A stretch of 20,000 nt of DNA, from the IMG/VR virus record IMGVR_UViG_3300047157_000140; one strand, given 5' to 3'. The stretch is from an uncultured virus (IMG/VR IMGVR_UViG_3300047157_000140) (taxonomy: Duplodnaviria > Heunggongvirae > Uroviricota > Caudoviricetes > Crassvirales). A model generated the notes under the pieces. That model saw only the letters and a list, made by a program, of their open reading frames with translations, was not told where the DNA came from and did no database searches. This document shows positions 16,149 to 20,000 of the stretch, piece after piece (position 1 is the stretch's first letter; each line of letters opens with the position of its first letter). A program made the translations under genes and the position numbers.

Positions 16149-17325
16149 TATCTAAAGGTATATTAATCCAAAATTAGTTAAGTATATTTCACTATCCCAA
16201 AACTTAGTATATTCACCTTCAATAAACAAACCTATTGATTTACTAATTTTCCAACCCAACATTAACCAGCTTGATAGTCACTCCATTGTTCTGGTCTAAT
16301 AATTATTTTATTAAACCACCTTTACCCCAGTTGTTTCTGTTAAATAGCTAAAATCTTCATCACCTTGTATATATTTATGGTAAGGTAATATCCAATTACC
16401 ATAAGCATGTAGCCAAAAGTTATTTTTGTAATGGTAAAAGTCAAAACCTACAATAGGTGCAATTTCACCAAAAGGATCTAATCAGCCCAAGCTTCATTGA
16501 TTGTATCTATTCAATAAATCAGGCAATTATTCTGTCTCTAAAATCAGCATCTGTATAAGCAACAATATCTCCTTGTTCATTTTTCCAATACCAATCATAT
16601 GTTTGTTACCAAACTCATCATTTTGTGAATAGTATAAGTCATCATAACCATATTCAAAACCTAAAGAATACCATGGGTTTAGCAGCATACCATTTTCATC
16701 TTGTTCATTTAACCATATTTCTACTGGATTATAACCATAAGGACGTTGATGTGTACGATATATTGCACCAGCAGATATACTAAGTTTCTTACCAATAGGT
16801 AACCTGGCTCTTAATTCACCAGATGTGTATTTAAACCCTACATTACCAGTTTCTCTAGCTTCAAATTTTAGCTATGTGATATTTACCTGTGTGTCTTATA
16901 AATAATCTTTTATTTTAAATTCATCACCATTCATCTTTCTTTTTCCCAATGTAACAAATATTCTAAACCTTTACAGCTGATGTAGGTGCTGATAAACCTA
17001 TTTGTTTTTCTTCGGTACCACCTGTAAAAAGTTACCTGGTTTTACTTTCGTAATCAAACCTAGCTAGCTTACGTATACCAAAACCATATCTATAATCAAA
17101 GGGTGATAGTACTGCTCTGATCTATCTACCTCTGGTATACCATAAAAATCTTGTGGATCTGTACGTATAAAATACTTTGGCACTTCAGATTTAGCGTTTT
17201 CTATATTACCAGCCGCGTATAGAACTGTACCGTATTTTAAGAAATCATTGTATAATTCTTTAAAAAATTGTGCATTAGCATTGCTGCTTAATAGCATAAT
17301 TAGTATAAATTAGCAAATGTCTCAT
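16148..17325 (-). CDS. Secreted protein of about 390 aa, probable outer-membrane beta-barrel (many frameshifts)
   Basis: Signal ending SSNANA-QFF; amphipathic strands YRYGFGIRK, ELRARLPIGKKLSISAGAIYR, IVGFDFYHY, WLHAYGNW, GWKISKSIGLFIEGEY; ends FG..YTFR*. Confidence 0.6.
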
Positions 17326-17369
17326 ATGTTAAGTCTTATTTATAGTTAAGTATCACTTGTTTTTATTTT

Positions 17370-20000
17370 TCTTAATTTTTTTATTCTTGAAGGTGCTTTT
17401 TTTCTTTTTTACCTTTAAGTTTTTTATTTAGAATTAGCAGATCTTGATTCTTCATATGGGTTAACTCCTACATCCCAAGTACTCCAACCTAATAGACATA
17501 GCTATTCTTTGCCAAGCAGCATTTGCTCTATCCATAGCTTCTTTTAAATTATTTATAATCATACAGCTCTATCTAACGGTACGTTAGTTGTAGCTGATAC
17601 AACATTACCTATAGCTAATAAGAAGGATTATCTAATCCAAAACCATTATTTTCTATTTTTTTTGTTAAACTTGTATGTTTGAAAGCACTATATAATTTTC
17701 TTAGTTTACTACCAACTGGTGGAGATATGTTAGCCGCTCTATCATAGTATAAGTATGATCAGCTGACCTTTTATTTTCTTGTTCTAAAAACTTCATTATA
17801 ATATTTTTACCTGTAGAAGCAACCAGCACCATATATACCAGAACCTCTTAACATAGTATCAGCCATGTTATTTATTTGCTGTTCTTTTTTTCTTATTTCA
17901 AATCTTCTTCATCTTCACCACCAAACAACAACCAAACATAGCGTTTTGTAACCTGTAAACATAAATTTTGTATTGCCCCATAGTAAGCTATTTTAGATAC
18001 ATTAGTTTTCCAATCACCTCTACCGTTTTTAATATCTAAATGCTTTTTAGTTAATCTCTAGTATACTGCATTGGTGTATTTTGAAAAGCTAATATTAATC
18101 TACCTAATGGACCTGCTTGTTGTTGTGATATTCATATCAGGTCTTGCTGACTGCTGTGCTTTTTCTGAAGCCTCTCAGCAAAATCTTCAAAAGCTTTTTT
18201 TCAGCTTCTTTTCAGATAAACCTTCTTTTAAATAAGTGTTTAATTCTATTTCTATAAAAGTAGCACCACCAGAAGCTATAGCAAAACTATCAGCTATTTG
18301 AGTAGGTGTAAAACCTTTTTTAATAAATAAGCTATAGCTGCATGCGCTTTGTTTTTAGAGTTAGCAACAGCACTAGCTATTTCAGCTTCGTTTACATCAC
18401 TTTGTAACCTGATCTTCTTTGCTTTAAAGTGGTGAATTAAATATCATAGCTAAAATCTTTCCAATATTGTGGTTGATTAGCAAAAGCTTTACCGGCTTTT
18501 AATGGGTTGTTGTCACTCCAGTTTATAAAGTTATACTAGATATTGTTTGTAAGTAAAGCTGATCTCATATTAAAGAACATTATAGCACCAACAGAGTTGT
18601 TAACCCAATTCATAAAACCGTTGACCAATCTGTTCTGTACCAAAGTTTCTATTAGTACCGTTTTCCATACGATATAATATATCTTCTAAAGCTTCTCTGA
18701 ATCTAGTACCATATATAGCTTCTATTTTATTCATATTCTTCTTACTGAATATAACATTTTTATTTTCTATCCAGTCTTTTAAATATCTAGTTTTCTACTT
18801 ACTGTATTGCTTACATCGTTCATAGGTCGCTAGATTATATTACCAGCTAACCCAGTTTTCAGTAGGTTTTGGATAACCTTGATTTAATTTTAGTTATTAG
18901 ATACTTTATCAGCAAACTCTTTTAAAGTCTAATATCTTTATTAACTATTTTCTTTAATTCTTTTGATCTGTTTTAGATATACCAGGAATAGTTGTAACCA
19001 TTTTTATCCCATAAATAAACTCTTATAGCTTGATCATATGTAAAGTTATTATAATTAGTTTTCTTACCTAATAGCTTTTTACATCTTTGTTATTTTTACG
19101 CAAAGCCCTAAATCATTAGCCATAGTTTGCTTAGCATTGTTTATATCTCTGTAAGCCTAGCAAATGGTTTTAACTAAATTTTTCATTAAAAACTCCATTT
19201 GTTTATCACCTTTTTACCTTTACCTAAAAAAGAATATATTAAACCTACAAAGTCTTCAGCTGATGGTGGTAAAAAAACTTATATTTATCTTTAGCACCCT
19301 TTGCTTCTAGCAGCTGCATCAGAATATGTTTTAAAGCTTCAACACCTGTTGTTTCTTCTATTATGTCATTAAAATCTTTACTCTAGTGCTTTAAACTAGA
19401 TTTAGCTATAGCTTGTTGAACTTTACTTAACATCTATAACATTTAAAACATCTTAACAGCTTTAACATTTTTATACGCGTCATCAGCAAAATAAAAATCA
19501 TTATAACCTTCTAGCAGCTTTACCTAATACCCAATCAGCTTTAGCTTGTGGTGTACCATCTTCTAAACCAGTTATATTTTCTATAGGTATATCTAAACCT
19601 AAACCTTTTAAAAAGCTTTTGTATTGCTGGTGCTGACGCTTGTGGTCTAGCTGTTAATATAAATATATCTTTGTTACCAAACTTTCTTGTCTTTTTGTGC
19701 AAGTTCAAACAATGGTCCTTTTTTACCATCAATAACTTCATTAAATTCACTAAAATCAAACTCAGTAACGCACCAGCAGCTTCAAGGTCTGCTGACTGTA
19801 AAGCAAACTCAGTAGCATTTATTTTATAGTGCTACCATCAGGCATAGTAACACCTAACTTTGACTATTTGTTTTAGCAAGTGTATCATCAAAGTCAAAAA
19901 CACTAATACCTTTTTTCTATTTATATCTTTAGTATTCTGAAATAATGAAAAACGAAAAACATTTCTTTTACCGTTACTCTTGAACTCTGGTATAGCCGTT
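17370..20000 (-). CDS. Giant protein, C-terminal part (5' partial, heavily frameshifted), putative virion/ejected protein with an internal HAD domain
   Basis: Protein-like pieces run continuously: VFDFDDTL, ILTARP, FADD, PPSAEDFVGLIY, WVNNSVGAIMFFN, GFTPTQIADSFAIASGGATFY, SQQQAGPLGRLILAFQNTPMQY, GWSTWDVG; stop position approximate. Confidence 0.7.

Noticed and set aside
1..20000. tRNA, rRNA, CRISPR array, integrase or transposase
   Set aside because: None recognised by eye; intergenic gaps are about 60 nt or shorter.

Overview
AT-rich, gene-dense segment of a lytic dsDNA bacteriophage, probably infecting a Bacteroidota/Flavobacteriia host (inferred from Shine-Dalgarno-free A-rich starts, TAATG/ATGA gene overlaps and protein families). 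The + strand arm (1-13490) is a DNA metabolism block: ATP-dependent ligase, pyrimidine-dimer glycosylase, 3D-domain protein, HTH protein, sigma-70 factor, ERF recombinase, PD-(D/E)XK exonuclease, SSB, Twinkle/T7 gp4-like primase-helicase, a thymidylate-synthase-fold enzyme carrying the dCMP-hydroxymethylase (T4 gp42-type) Asp signature, two all-alpha NTP-pyrophosphatase-like genes, an endonuclease I-like resolvase and class I RNR. It meets a - strand arm (13504-20000) at a hairpin terminator. That arm encodes a lipoprotein, small basic proteins, an M15 peptidase endolysin, a secreted thioredoxin-fold protein lacking CxxC, two paralogous membrane proteins, a probable outer-membrane beta-barrel, and the C-terminal part of a giant protein with an embedded HAD phosphatase domain. 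Frameshifts start at about 5.7 kb and become dense after about 14.4 kb; they look like long-read indel errors, so several genes were reconstructed by eye across frames. Best leads: a probable cytosine-modification pathway, a phage-encoded envelope module, and a HAD domain inside a giant putative virion protein.
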